From an uncultured Planctomycetota bacterium (GTDB lineage: Bacteria > Planctomycetota > Planctomycetia > Isosphaerales > Isosphaeraceae), in contig CAWGMQ010000010.1 in NCBI GenBank assembly GCA_963823665.1, forward strand, positions 2,464,001-2,528,000: DNA of 64,000 bases. The letters are read 5' to 3'. Below the pieces are notes generated by a model. The model was given only the letters and a program-made list of their open reading frames with translations, ran no database searches and had not been told where the DNA came from. Shown piece by piece: positions 41,393 to 51,288 of the stretch; within the stretch, counting starts at the first letter, position 1; each line of letters starts with the position of its first letter. The translations under genes and the position numbers were made by a program.

Positions 41393-42220
41393 TTAGCTAT
41401 TCGACGGCAGATCGCGACGCTGAAACAAGATGAACGAAAGCAGGACGCCGGCCGCGGCGACGCCTCCGAGGCCCGCCGCGTGCCGGGCAAAGGTCTCGCC
41501 CGTGACGGCAACCTCGACCGGGTCGAACGCCTTGAACACGGAGAATCGGCCCACCCACTCCCAGTCCGAGAGCGTTGGGAACCCGGATACGACCCCCGCG
41601 GCGAAGCTCGCAATCGTGGCTGACGCGGCAATCAAGTTGGGCCGCCAGCGGACGACGTCCCTCACGGCAAATAGCAGCGAGCAGCCATAAATTGCCGCCC
41701 CGACCAGGGCCAGGTTGGCGGCGGGTTTGACAAGGCTGAGAAGCGCTGGTGTGTCTTTCACCGGGTTGTACAGACCGCCAATCCGATTGCCGGCGACCAG
41801 CACCGCTGCAAGGAGCACAAGCCCCATTACAGCCACCATGACCTGCGAGCCAAGATACTCCGGCCGCGAGACCGGGCGTGACAGCGTGATGTCGAGCGTG
41901 CCGCGCTCGATCTCGCCCGCCACCGCCGCACTCCCCCGCGAGATCGCCCAGACGCAGACCACGATCATGACGAACGGGTGGTTCCAGAAGATCACCTGGA
42001 AGGAAAGCGAGGAGAAGTCCATCGCCGCCCCGCCCATCCCCCGCGTGAACTGCTCGAACCGCTCGGCGTCGGACCCGGTAACCTTGAGGAACTGCCGTTC
42101 GATGCGGCAGGCGATAAACGCCGAGAGCCAGCCGAGGCCGAACAGCGCGGCTGAGCCGAGGCCGAGGAACCAACGCGACTCCCCGAGCTGCTTGCGGATC
42201 ATGGTGCTCATCGCGCTCAT
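41393..42220 (-). CDS. ABC-2 type transporter permease
   Basis: About six TM helices; AVAGEIERGTLDITLSRPVSR. Confidence 0.9.
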   Translation of the reverse strand: MSAMSTMIRKQLGESRWFLGLGSAALFGLGWLSAFIACRIERQFLKVTGSDAERFEQFTRGMGGAAMDFSSLSFQVIFWNHPFVMIVVCVWAISRGSAAVAGEIERGTLDITLSRPVSRPEYLGSQVMVAVMGLVLLAAVLVAGNRIGGLYNPVKDTPALLSLVKPAANLALVGAAIYGCSLLFAVRDVVRWRPNLIAASATIASFAAGVVSGFPTLSDWEWVGRFSVFKAFDPVEVAVTGETFARHAAGLGGVAAAGVLLSFILFQRRDLPSNS

Positions 42221-43125
42221 GTGCGGTCGTCCTCATCCGTCGCGTCGGGCCCGTGGTATCGGTCATACAGGCTGCGCAGGTCTTCGGTGCCCACGGCGAC
42301 GTCAACGATCGGCTGCGACCCGATCCACGTGAAGAGCGGCGAAACAGCCCCCCGGTGCTCCATGAGCACGGTTTCCCCTTTTCGCTCCCTTACCGTAAGG
42401 CCAAGCTCTTCCGGGAAGCTCTCCGGTACCCCACCTTCGTAGCGGACCAGCACCATCCGCAGGCCGCGTCGAGCGTGCATGTCTTCAACGTGCATCAATC
42501 GGCCCCGCCGCATGATCGCCACCCGGTCCGACACCGCTTCGACCTCGGGCAGGACATGTCCCGAGAAGACGACCGTCTGCCCCTGGGCCTTGGCTTGGGC
42601 CACGAGGCCCATCACATCGCCCCGGACCGTCGGGTCGAGGGAGGAGGTGGGTTCATCTAGAATCAGGATCTCAACCGGGTCGGCAAACGCCTGAGCAAGC
42701 GCGAGCTTCTGCTTCATGCCCGTGGAATAGTTCCGAACTTTGCGCGAGAGATCGAGCCCCATCACCTGTTCCGCCAGAGCCACCGCCCGGTCGATGCCGA
42801 TTCCGTCGCGCAGACCGCACATGTATCGCAGCATCTTCACCCCGCTCAGGTGCCCGAAAAGGCGGATCTCGCCGGGCAGGAACGACACCAACCGCCTCAC
42901 CTCGCGGCCTTGGCGCCAGGGGTCGAGGCCCGCCACGGCGGCCTGGCCGGCCGTCGGATGAAGCAATCCCATGAGCAGCCGGAGGAGCGTCGTCTTGCCC
43001 GCCCCGTTCGGGCCTAAGAGCCCCAGGATTTCGCCCTCCCTCACGTCAAGCGTCACGTCTGCGAGCGCAACGAATCGCCCGTACCACTTCGTCAGTCGCA
43101 CAGTCTCGATCATCCGTCGTGCCAT
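42217..43125 (-). CDS. ABC transporter ATP-binding protein
   Basis: GPNGAGKTT, YSTGMKQK, ILILDEPT, SGH. Confidence 0.95.
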   Translation of the reverse strand: MARRMIETVRLTKWYGRFVALADVTLDVREGEILGLLGPNGAGKTTLLRLLMGLLHPTAGQAAVAGLDPWRQGREVRRLVSFLPGEIRLFGHLSGVKMLRYMCGLRDGIGIDRAVALAEQVMGLDLSRKVRNYSTGMKQKLALAQAFADPVEILILDEPTSSLDPTVRGDVMGLVAQAKAQGQTVVFSGHVLPEVEAVSDRVAIMRRGRLMHVEDMHARRGLRMVLVRYEGGVPESFPEELGLTVRERKGETVLMEHRGAVSPLFTWIGSQPIVDVAVGTEDLRSLYDRYHGPDATDEDDRT

Positions 43126-43238
43126 CAACACACCTGCACAAATCCAGCCCGCAGCGTCCCTGCCCTTGAGTTCTCGCGGCGGAACGAGAGGGCAACCCCA
43201 ACGCCTTCCAGAGATACCCGCTTTCCCACACACGCAAC

Positions 43239-43253
43239 GTCAAGAATTGTCAA
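43239..43253. promoter_or_regulatory. candidate OmpR/CpxR-type binding site GTCAA-N5-GTCAA
   Basis: Direct pentamer repeat at 10-bp spacing between the divergent ABC operon and the response regulator. Confidence 0.5.
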
Positions 43254-43363
43254 TCTGCGTGACAATGGACCATGCGGCGGAGAGAATGGATGGGGCAGGG
43301 GGTACCGTGTTCTCTTCAGGCTCGCCCGGGAGAGACGCAACTGCCCCCTAGTTCGGAGGCCGT

Positions 43364-44095
43364 ATGGCGGGCCGCGAGCAGAAACATTCCGGCGCCGGAA
43401 GCATGGCCCTCCTGGTCGACGACGATGTCGAGCTGGGCGAGCTCCTTCAGGACGCGCTCGACGAGCACGACGTCCGGGTCGAGCTGGCCCACGACGGCCG
43501 CCGTGGCCTGGCGCGGGCCCTCTCCGGCGAGCACGACTTGCTCCTGCTCGATGTGATGCTCCCCGGCCTGGACGGGATCGAGCTGCTTCGTCTGGTGCGA
43601 CGCCAGAGCCGCGTCCCGGTCATCATGCTCACGGCCCGTTCCGCACCGGCCGACCAGGTAGCCGGGCTCGACGCCGGGGCCGATGACTACCTGCCGAAGC
43701 CCTTCGGGACCGAGCTGCTGATGGCCCGCATCCGGGCCGTTCTGCGGCGGTCGGGTCAGGTCTTCGAAGAGGCCAGCGTTCTGGAAGCGGGCGGATTGCG
43801 GCTCCAGCTCCGGGCTCGCGAAGCGTCTGTCGACGGCTCGCCGGTCGTCCTGACGACGGTCGAATACGACATCCTCGAGTATCTCGCCCGCGCCGCCGGC
43901 AGGATCGTGCCGCGGAGCGAGCTGACGATCGCGCTCTTCCAGCGGCGGGCCACGCCCTTCGACCGGGCCCTCGACACGCACATCTGCAACCTCCGACGAA
44001 AGCTCGGCGAGCGCGGCGAGATGATCGGCACGGTCCGCGGCGTCGGCTACCTGCTCCGTGTCGCCGACGGACCGGGCGCGGCCGCCGTGTCATGA
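43364..44095 (+). CDS. OmpR-family (CpxR-like) response regulator
   Basis: LLVDDDVEL, LLDVMLPGLDG, GADDYLPKPF, PFDRALDTHICNLRRKL, TVRGVGY. Confidence 0.95.
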   Translation: MAGREQKHSGAGSMALLVDDDVELGELLQDALDEHDVRVELAHDGRRGLARALSGEHDLLLLDVMLPGLDGIELLRLVRRQSRVPVIMLTARSAPADQVAGLDAGADDYLPKPFGTELLMARIRAVLRRSGQVFEEASVLEAGGLRLQLRAREASVDGSPVVLTTVEYDILEYLARAAGRIVPRSELTIALFQRRATPFDRALDTHICNLRRKLGERGEMIGTVRGVGYLLRVADGPGAAAVS

Positions 44096-45381
44096 GATCC
44101 ATCCTCGTAACGATCCTGCTGTGGGCCTTCGCGACCATCGCCTTCTGCGTGGCGGGACTCTGGGTTACTGCGAAGGCCCTGGAGCGACGCCCGTCGGGCC
44201 GCACAGATCCCGTGACGAGCATCGTCGCCATGCTCGGCGAGGACGCCCGCCAGGCGTTCGAGCAACAGGGGGCGCCAGGGCTCTCCGCCCATTTGCGAGA
44301 GGTCGCCGGCAAACTCCCGGGTGAGCGATTCCTGACAGACTCGGACGGTAAAGACCTGGTCGACGGGTCCGATCGAACGGCCATTCTGCGGGCCATCGGC
44401 CCCGGCCGCTCCCTTCTCGCCGACGGCCGCTTCGCCGTTGTTTCCAGACTTCAGGATGGACGCTATCGCTTCGTCTGGATCGTCGAGCCCTGGTTCGACA
44501 TGCCGAGCCCGACACCGTTCATCGCCGTGATCGTGGCGATCAACGCCCTCATGGGGACTGCGCTGGCGTTCTACCTCTCGCATCCGTTGCGCCGCCTCCG
44601 TCAGGCGATGGACCGCTTCGGCAGGGGCGACCTGCAGGCGCGCACCGGCTCACGACGCCGCGACGAGATCGGCGCGGTCTCCCGCGAATTTGACCTACTG
44701 GCCGAGCGCATCGAGACCCTCATGACCGCGGAACGGAGGCTCTTGCTCGACGTCTCGCACGAGCTTCGATCTCCTCTCACCCGGCTCGACGTCGCCATCG
44801 ACCTGGCCATCAAGCGCGAGGATCGCGGCCCGCTCCTGGCACGAATCAGGCGAGACATCTCCAGGCTATCCGATCTCGTCGGGGAGTTATTGCACCTCAC
44901 TCGTGTGGAAGGAAACCCATCGGCCCGTCAGCTCGAAATCGTTCGCCCGGCCGACCTCCTGAGCAGCCTCGTCGAAGATTGCGCGCTCGAGGCTGAGGCC
45001 AAGGGCTGCCGACTACGATTCCACGCGGAATCGACCGACTCGATCCACGGCGACGTCGAGCTGCTGCATCGAGCCTTCGAGAATGTCATCCGCAACGCCG
45101 TCCGCCACGCCCCCGAAGGCACCCTGGTCGAGGTCTCCCTGGAGCCACGCGGGAAGGGGCTAAGAGTCGTGGTACGAGACTTCGGCCCGGGCGTCCCCAC
45201 CGGCGCGTTGTCCTCGATCTTCGAGCCATTCTTCCGCGTTGAGGGTGACCGGAGCCGCAAGAGCGGCGGCGTCGGTCTCGGCCTGTCCATCGCCCGCCGC
45301 GCCGTCGCGATTCACAACGGCCAGATCACCGCCCGCAACGCCAGCCCCGGCCTCTCCGTCGAGGTAATCCTCCCCGGCTAA
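44092..45381 (+). CDS. HAMP-domain sensor histidine kinase (CpxA-like)
   Basis: Two TM helices, HAMP, DVSHELRSPL, ENVIRNA, RDFGPG, GLGLSIA; ATGA overlap with the regulator. Confidence 0.95.
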   Translation: MRSILVTILLWAFATIAFCVAGLWVTAKALERRPSGRTDPVTSIVAMLGEDARQAFEQQGAPGLSAHLREVAGKLPGERFLTDSDGKDLVDGSDRTAILRAIGPGRSLLADGRFAVVSRLQDGRYRFVWIVEPWFDMPSPTPFIAVIVAINALMGTALAFYLSHPLRRLRQAMDRFGRGDLQARTGSRRRDEIGAVSREFDLLAERIETLMTAERRLLLDVSHELRSPLTRLDVAIDLAIKREDRGPLLARIRRDISRLSDLVGELLHLTRVEGNPSARQLEIVRPADLLSSLVEDCALEAEAKGCRLRFHAESTDSIHGDVELLHRAFENVIRNAVRHAPEGTLVEVSLEPRGKGLRVVVRDFGPGVPTGALSSIFEPFFRVEGDRSRKSGGVGLGLSIARRAVAIHNGQITARNASPGLSVEVILPG

Positions 45382-45441
45382 AAAAGGTGTCAGGAACCGT
45401 TTCCCCTCATCACGCACCAAAAAGGTGTCAGGAACCAATTC
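45382..45441 (+). repeat. dispersed short repeat copies 5 and 6
   Basis: AAAAGGTGTCAGGAACC at 45382-45398 and 45420-45436. Confidence 0.9.
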
Positions 45442-45461
45442 ACGCCTCAATCACGCCCAGC

Positions 45462-48400
45462 CTACCGCCGGCGTCGTGCCAGAACTTGGTCCGCCGCCAG
45501 ATCATGAATCACGGACGAACCCGAATCATCCGCCACGAGCACTCCCAGCACCGCATCCACGGCGACGCTCGTCGCCCCGATCGCGCTCGCCGCGGCCCCG
45601 TTCACGGTTTGCGTGAGCACACCCGAGTTGCTCGTGAGGAAATTCGCATCCCCACCATAATCCGCCGTGATCGAATGCGAGCCCGCACCCAGCGTCTTCG
45701 TGCTGAACGTGGCCTTCCCACCGCTGAGCGTGCCCGTGCCGATCTGCGTCGCACCGTCATAGAACGTCACCGTCCCCGTTGGCGTCCCCACCCCAGGCGC
45801 CGCCGCCGTCACCGTCGCCGTGAATGTCACCTTCTGGCCGAATGTCGACGGATTGAGCGACGATGTCACCACAGCCGCCGTTGTATCCTGATTCACTGTC
45901 TGGGTGAGGCTCCCACTGCTGGTGCTGAAGCTGTTGCTGCCGTTGTATGTCACCGTGATCGTGTGCGAGCCGGTTGCCAGCTTGGCGGTCGTATAGTTCG
46001 CCGATCCTCCGCCGAGCACCACCGTGGCAAGCGTGGTCGCTCCATCCATGAATGTCACCGATCCCGCCGGCGTGCCACTCCCCGGCGCATTCGCACTCAC
46101 CGTGGCGGTGAACGTCACCGACTGCCCAAAGACCGACGGATTCGCGGATGACGTGACACCCATCATCGTGCTGTCCTGGCTGACCGTCTGGCTGATCGTC
46201 CCGGTGCTCGTCTTGAAGTTGGAGTCACCGCTGTAGACAGCCTTCATCGTGTCCGTCCCGACCGGAATCGCCACGCTTGACCTGATACTCACCGTCCCAT
46301 TAGACAAGGTACCCGTCCCAAGCACGTTCGCCCCCTGCGTGAACGTCACCGTGCCCGTCGGCATCCCGCTGCCGGGTGAGTTCGCGCTCACGGTAGCCGT
46401 CAGCGTGAGCGACTGACCATAAATCGACGGATTCGGCGCAACCATCACAACGGTGCTCGAGACCGATTGATTCACCGTTTGAGCAAACGCCGTCGAGCTG
46501 CTCCCCGTGAAGTTCGAATCTCCGCCATAGCTCACCGAGATCGAGTGCGACCCCAGCACGAAGAACGCCGTGGAGAACGTGGCAATCCCCACGCTGAGCG
46601 TGCCGGTGCCGATCGGCGTCCCGCCATCATCGAATGTCACCGTCCCCGTCGGTGTGCCGCTTCCCGGCGCAACCGCGCTCACCGTCGCCGTGAACGTCAC
46701 CGTCTGGCCATACACAGCCGATTTCGCCGACGATGTGACCCTCGACGCCGTCCCGTCCTGATTGACCTGTAACGTGAGGCCTGGAGAAGTGCTCGTCCCG
46801 AAATTGGGGTCGCCTTCATAGACCGCGGTGATCGATTGCGAGCCGACGTCCACGGAGGTCGTCTTGAGCGCTGCCCTGCGACCGGTGAGCGTCGCGGTGC
46901 CCAGTGAGATCACGCCGTCGTAGAAGGCCACTATCCCCGTCGGCGTGCCACTTCCCGGCGTGACCGCGGTCACGGTCGCGGTGAGCGTCACCGGCTGGCC
47001 GAACACGGTCGCACCGAGCGAACACGCAACCGCCGTGGCCGTGCTCGACTGAGTAACGACTTGCGTCGTCTGGTCAAGGCTCAACAAGTAGGTCGAGTTC
47101 CCCGAGTAACTCGCGATGACGTCGTGACTGCCCACGCCGGGCAAGCCCGTCGATAGGCTTGCCGTCCCGCCACGGAGGTGTGCCGTCCCGAGCGTCGTTC
47201 CGGTGGTCTCATCCACGAAGGTGACCGACCCCGTCGGGACCGGATCGCCCGGATAATCAGGCACGACGGCCGCCGTGAACGTCACCTTCTGGCCGAAAAC
47301 GGAGGCGTCGGGCGCACTCGTGAGCTGCGTGAAGCTGAGCACCGCGGCGGTCTGCGTGGTTCCACCCACAGTGAAGGTATCACCGACCGTCGGAACAGGC
47401 ATCCCGGTCGTGTTGTGGACAAACTCACCGCCGGCGCTGATGTTGATCGTATTGCCGCCGGGAGAGGCTCGACGTGCCAAGGTCGACTGTGCCGCCGGTG
47501 ATCGAGATGGCCGCCTGGCCGGCGACCGCCGAGCCGTCGATCGTGCTGTCCTCCACCGTCAAGGAACCGCCGCTCACCACGATCGTGGGCGAGCTCGTGC
47601 TGTTGCTTGCGGTGACGTTGTAGAGCATCACGTTGCCTGCGGCGACTGTCAAAGCCGGCGCATCGCCCATCAGTGTTCCGTTCTGAATCACGACGTTCAC
47701 TCCGGTGGGCGGGCTCAAAGTCGTGTCGGCCTGAAGCGTCTGGCCGCCGAGGTCGAGCGCCACCGTGACAGGCGTCGATTGGCTCGACAGGCCATTAATC
47801 GCCGCTAGCACATCGTCGAGCCCGCCGGTATCCGTCGGCTGGACGTCCACGGCGGGCGCGGTCGTTCCCACAGGCAGGTTCTCGATCTCCGAGACCGCAC
47901 TCTCTAACACGCTTTGCTCCGTCGCCGGATCGGCGACGATCGGAACGACGACGCTCGATTCCGAAGTGTTTATAACCGCCAGGTCCTGGCTGAATTCGGA
48001 TGTATTGCCGTTGGGATCGGTGGCCGTCGCCGAGATGAACTCGCCCGTGAGGTTTGCGGTGGTGAACGTGCCTGTCAGGCTCGCGTTACCAGAGGCGTCG
48101 GTGGTGACGCTCAACGATTCGAGCAGCGTCTGGCCCTGGCCGAAGCCGGAGGGGTCGGCCGTCGGGTTGGCAAAGAACTGAACGATGTACGTCGTGTTGG
48201 GATCGGCCGCAAGCGATCCGCTGACGGTCAGCGTGCCGTTTGGGTCTGTCGTGTCGGGCACGAAGACGGCTGAGGATAGCACAGGGAAGTTCTGATCGCC
48301 GTTGGGGGCGCCGGCGATGACTCCCGTCGTGGGCGACGAATGGTCGGGCGTGACACCATCGTCGCCCAGGTCGATGCCCACTCCGGTGTTGCCATCTATC

Positions 48401-50340
48401 GCGTTGGATAGGACCGCGTTGCCTGTGCTCGCGTCGGTCGCATTCAACCCGATGTTGACGCCATCGCCGGCGTTCGAGGCGATGACGTTTCCCGCCAGGG
48501 CGGCGGTGCCGCCGATGGTATTGCCGCTCGCGCCGCTGTCGATCTCGACACCGCCGTAATTGGGGATCGCGATCGTGCCGGTGTAATCGGTGCCGATGTC
48601 ATTGCCCGCAACGGTGTTGTCGTCCACACCCGAGCCGCTGATGTCGACGCCTGCGCCTCCGCTGCCCGAGATCACATTGCCTTCGTCGGCGTTTTCGGGA
48701 CCCTCAAGCGCGTTGACGCCGATCCACTCGTTGCTGGCTTCGCTCGTGATCCACACACCATAAAGCCCGTTGCCGAGCGCCGTTTCTCCCGAGACGTCTG
48801 TGCCGATGTAGTTGCCGGCGATCACGTCATTGATCCCGGCATAGTTGAGCCAGACGCCGATTTCGTTGCCGCTGATGATGTTTCGCTCGAGTGCATCCGA
48901 GACACCGTCTCCGTTGGTCCCGATCAGGTTGCCGTGAGCTTGGTTCTGGATATAGACGCCGACGTAGTTAGAAAGTGCGACCGTGCCGGTGTAATCCGTT
49001 CCGATATAGTTGCCGGCCACCGTATTCCCGGTCGTGAGCGTGCCCGTGAGGAATACGTTTTCCTGGGAGTTCCCGGAGATGATGTTCCGCTGGTCGGCCG
49101 TCTCCGGGCCGTAGACGGGGTTGACGCCGACCCAGTTATCTTGAGACCCGGCCCCGATATAGGCTCCCCAGTAGGAGTTTGCCAGCGCCGTCGTGCCCCC
49201 GGCGGTCGTACCAATGTCGTTCCCCGCGATCACGTTCCCCAATGACGCGTGGATCACCAAAACTCCGCCGACGCTATTACCCGAAATGACGTTGCGCTCG
49301 AGCGCGTCGTCAACTGCCCCATCCTGGCCCGAGGTTCCCACCAGGTTGAACGACGAACCCTCATCGACGACCACACCGTCGTCGTTGGGGATCGCGGTTG
49401 ATCCTGACGCATCCGTTCCGATCAGATTGCCGGCCAAGACGTTTGCATTGCTTGCGGTAACGTACACCCCGTAATCCGTGTTGCCGGAAATCACGTTCGC
49501 CTGGTCGGCGTTCGGCGACCCGCTGACAGGGTTAACGCCGACCCAGTTGTCGGTGGTCGCGGCGGCGAGCAAGACGCCGTAATCGCCGTTGGCGACTGCG
49601 GCTGTGCCCGTTGCGTTTGTGCCGATGTAGTTGCCTGCGACCACGTTCTGCTCCGTCCCGGCATCGGTGATCCAGACGCCGGCGTACAAGTTTCCGCTGA
49701 TGACGTTTCGCTCCGCGGCGTCGTTCACGCCGTCGCCGTTGGTTCCGATGAGATTGCCCACCGCGCCACCGGCGATCTCGACACCGGCGTAGTCGTAGTC
49801 GACCTGTGTCCCGGTCGGATCGATCCCCAGGAAGTTGCCGTAGACCCAATCACCGGTCGCCCCGGTGCCCGAGATCAGGATCGCCGCGCTCTGGGAAAAG
49901 CGGGTGATGTCCAGGCCGCGGACCGTGACGCCCGACCCAGTGATGGTCAGTCCGCTGGCCGTGCCCGCGTTGCTTCCGCTCAGCTTGATAACCGGCGTGC
50001 CGGAATAGCCCGGCTGAGAGAAACCGTCGATGAAAATCGAATTCGTGATCGCCGGCAGGGGCGAAGCAGGCTTGATCGTCCACGAGCCCGTCGCCGGAAC
50101 GTAGCCCGGGTCGGTCGTCGGAATGTCGAAATCGATCGTGTCGCCATTCTGGGCATTCAAGAGCGCGAAGCGCAGCGAGCCGGTGTCCGAGCCCGAATCG
50201 CCGGTATCGGTCACGGTCAGAACGCTTAGCAACTTCCTGTCTTCCAGTAATTCCACCCCCGACCGGCGGCGGCTACGGCCGGAGCCACACGACAGACGGC
50301 CGGCGCGACGTCGTAAAGAGAAGAAACTGTGAAGACGCAT
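45462..50340 (-). CDS. large exported beta-helix + six Ig-like (Big_3-type) repeat surface protein, one frameshift near 47466
   Basis: Basic leader with ELLEDRKLLS; repeated GN(Y/L)IGTDxTG and ERNVISGN; GIDLGDDGVT/QNFPVL/GNTSEFS; six SVFGQxVTFTATV...PTGTVTF units. Confidence 0.88.
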
Positions 50341-50601
50341 CGCAGTAGCTCCATTGCGTGTAAAGCCATCGTTTCCCGGTGCTGCTCCGTGTCTCTATGC
50401 GCACTTCCCGTCGAAATCGAACGAAGCGCCGCCCTGGCGTCGCGAATCGAAAACATGCAGGGCCAGTTTGTTGACACCACGCTTCGATTCGGTTACCAAA
50501 GTCGAGGTCGTGACGAAGAGTTGCACCGTGTCCTGGCCACGAACTAGCCCGGCGGCCGCGGATCGGTATTGGTCGTTGCCGGCGATCGCTGCTGGAAGGC
50601 A

Positions 50602-51285
50602 ATGGCGCCCATGGAACCGGCCGGTCAGAGCGCGAACGGTCATCACGTCGATTTCGCTGCGCAAGTGGCGGCTGCGCAATGCGGCGATACGGCGACGCTG
50701 GGGCGCGTCCTCGAGGTCTTTCGGCCCTACCTTCTGACAATCGCCAATCAGCACCTCCCCAAGCGGCTTTGGAGCAAGTGCGGTGGCTCCGACTTGGTCC
50801 AGGATACGCTCCTCGAAGCGCATCGCGGGTTCGCCGGTTTTGAAGGCTGCCGCCCGGAAGAACTGCGGGCCTGGTTGGGGGGGATACTCCGCCATAATCT
50901 GAAGGACTCGGTTCGGAAATTCGCGTCCGCCGAGCGGCGATCCGTCCACCGCGAGCAGTCACTCCATACGGCCGCGCCCGGCCAGTCCGCCGCCGCGCTG
51001 GTTGACCCGGACCCCACACCCGGGACTTCGGCTGCCGACCGCGAGGAGGCCGCGGCAATCGACGCGGCACTCGAACAACTCGCGACCGACGAACGATTGG
51101 CGATCATCCTCCGGAATCGAGACCATCTTTGCTGGGATGAGATCGGACGGCGAATGAACCGTTCTCCGGATGCCGCCCGCATGGTCTGGAAGCGGGCGAT
51201 CCTTCACTTGCAACGAATCCTCGAGCCGAGCTGCGGCTCAACACCTCCAATCCCAGTTCCGGACGCGGCCCGCAGACGGGATTGA
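50602..51285 (+). CDS. ECF-type sigma-70 factor, kinase-associated
   Basis: FRPYLLTIA, SDLVQDTLLEAH, ELRAWLGGILRHN, EIGRRMNRSPDAARMVWKRA. Confidence 0.9.
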   Translation: MAPMEPAGQSANGHHVDFAAQVAAAQCGDTATLGRVLEVFRPYLLTIANQHLPKRLWSKCGGSDLVQDTLLEAHRGFAGFEGCRPEELRAWLGGILRHNLKDSVRKFASAERRSVHREQSLHTAAPGQSAAALVDPDPTPGTSAADREEAAAIDAALEQLATDERLAIILRNRDHLCWDEIGRRMNRSPDAARMVWKRAILHLQRILEPSCGSTPPIPVPDAARRRD

Positions 51286-51288
51286 CGC

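Noticed and set aside
45425..45582. 158-bp duplicate as a DGR template/variable repeat pair
   Set aside because: The copies are identical and both are coding 3' ends; no reverse transcriptase
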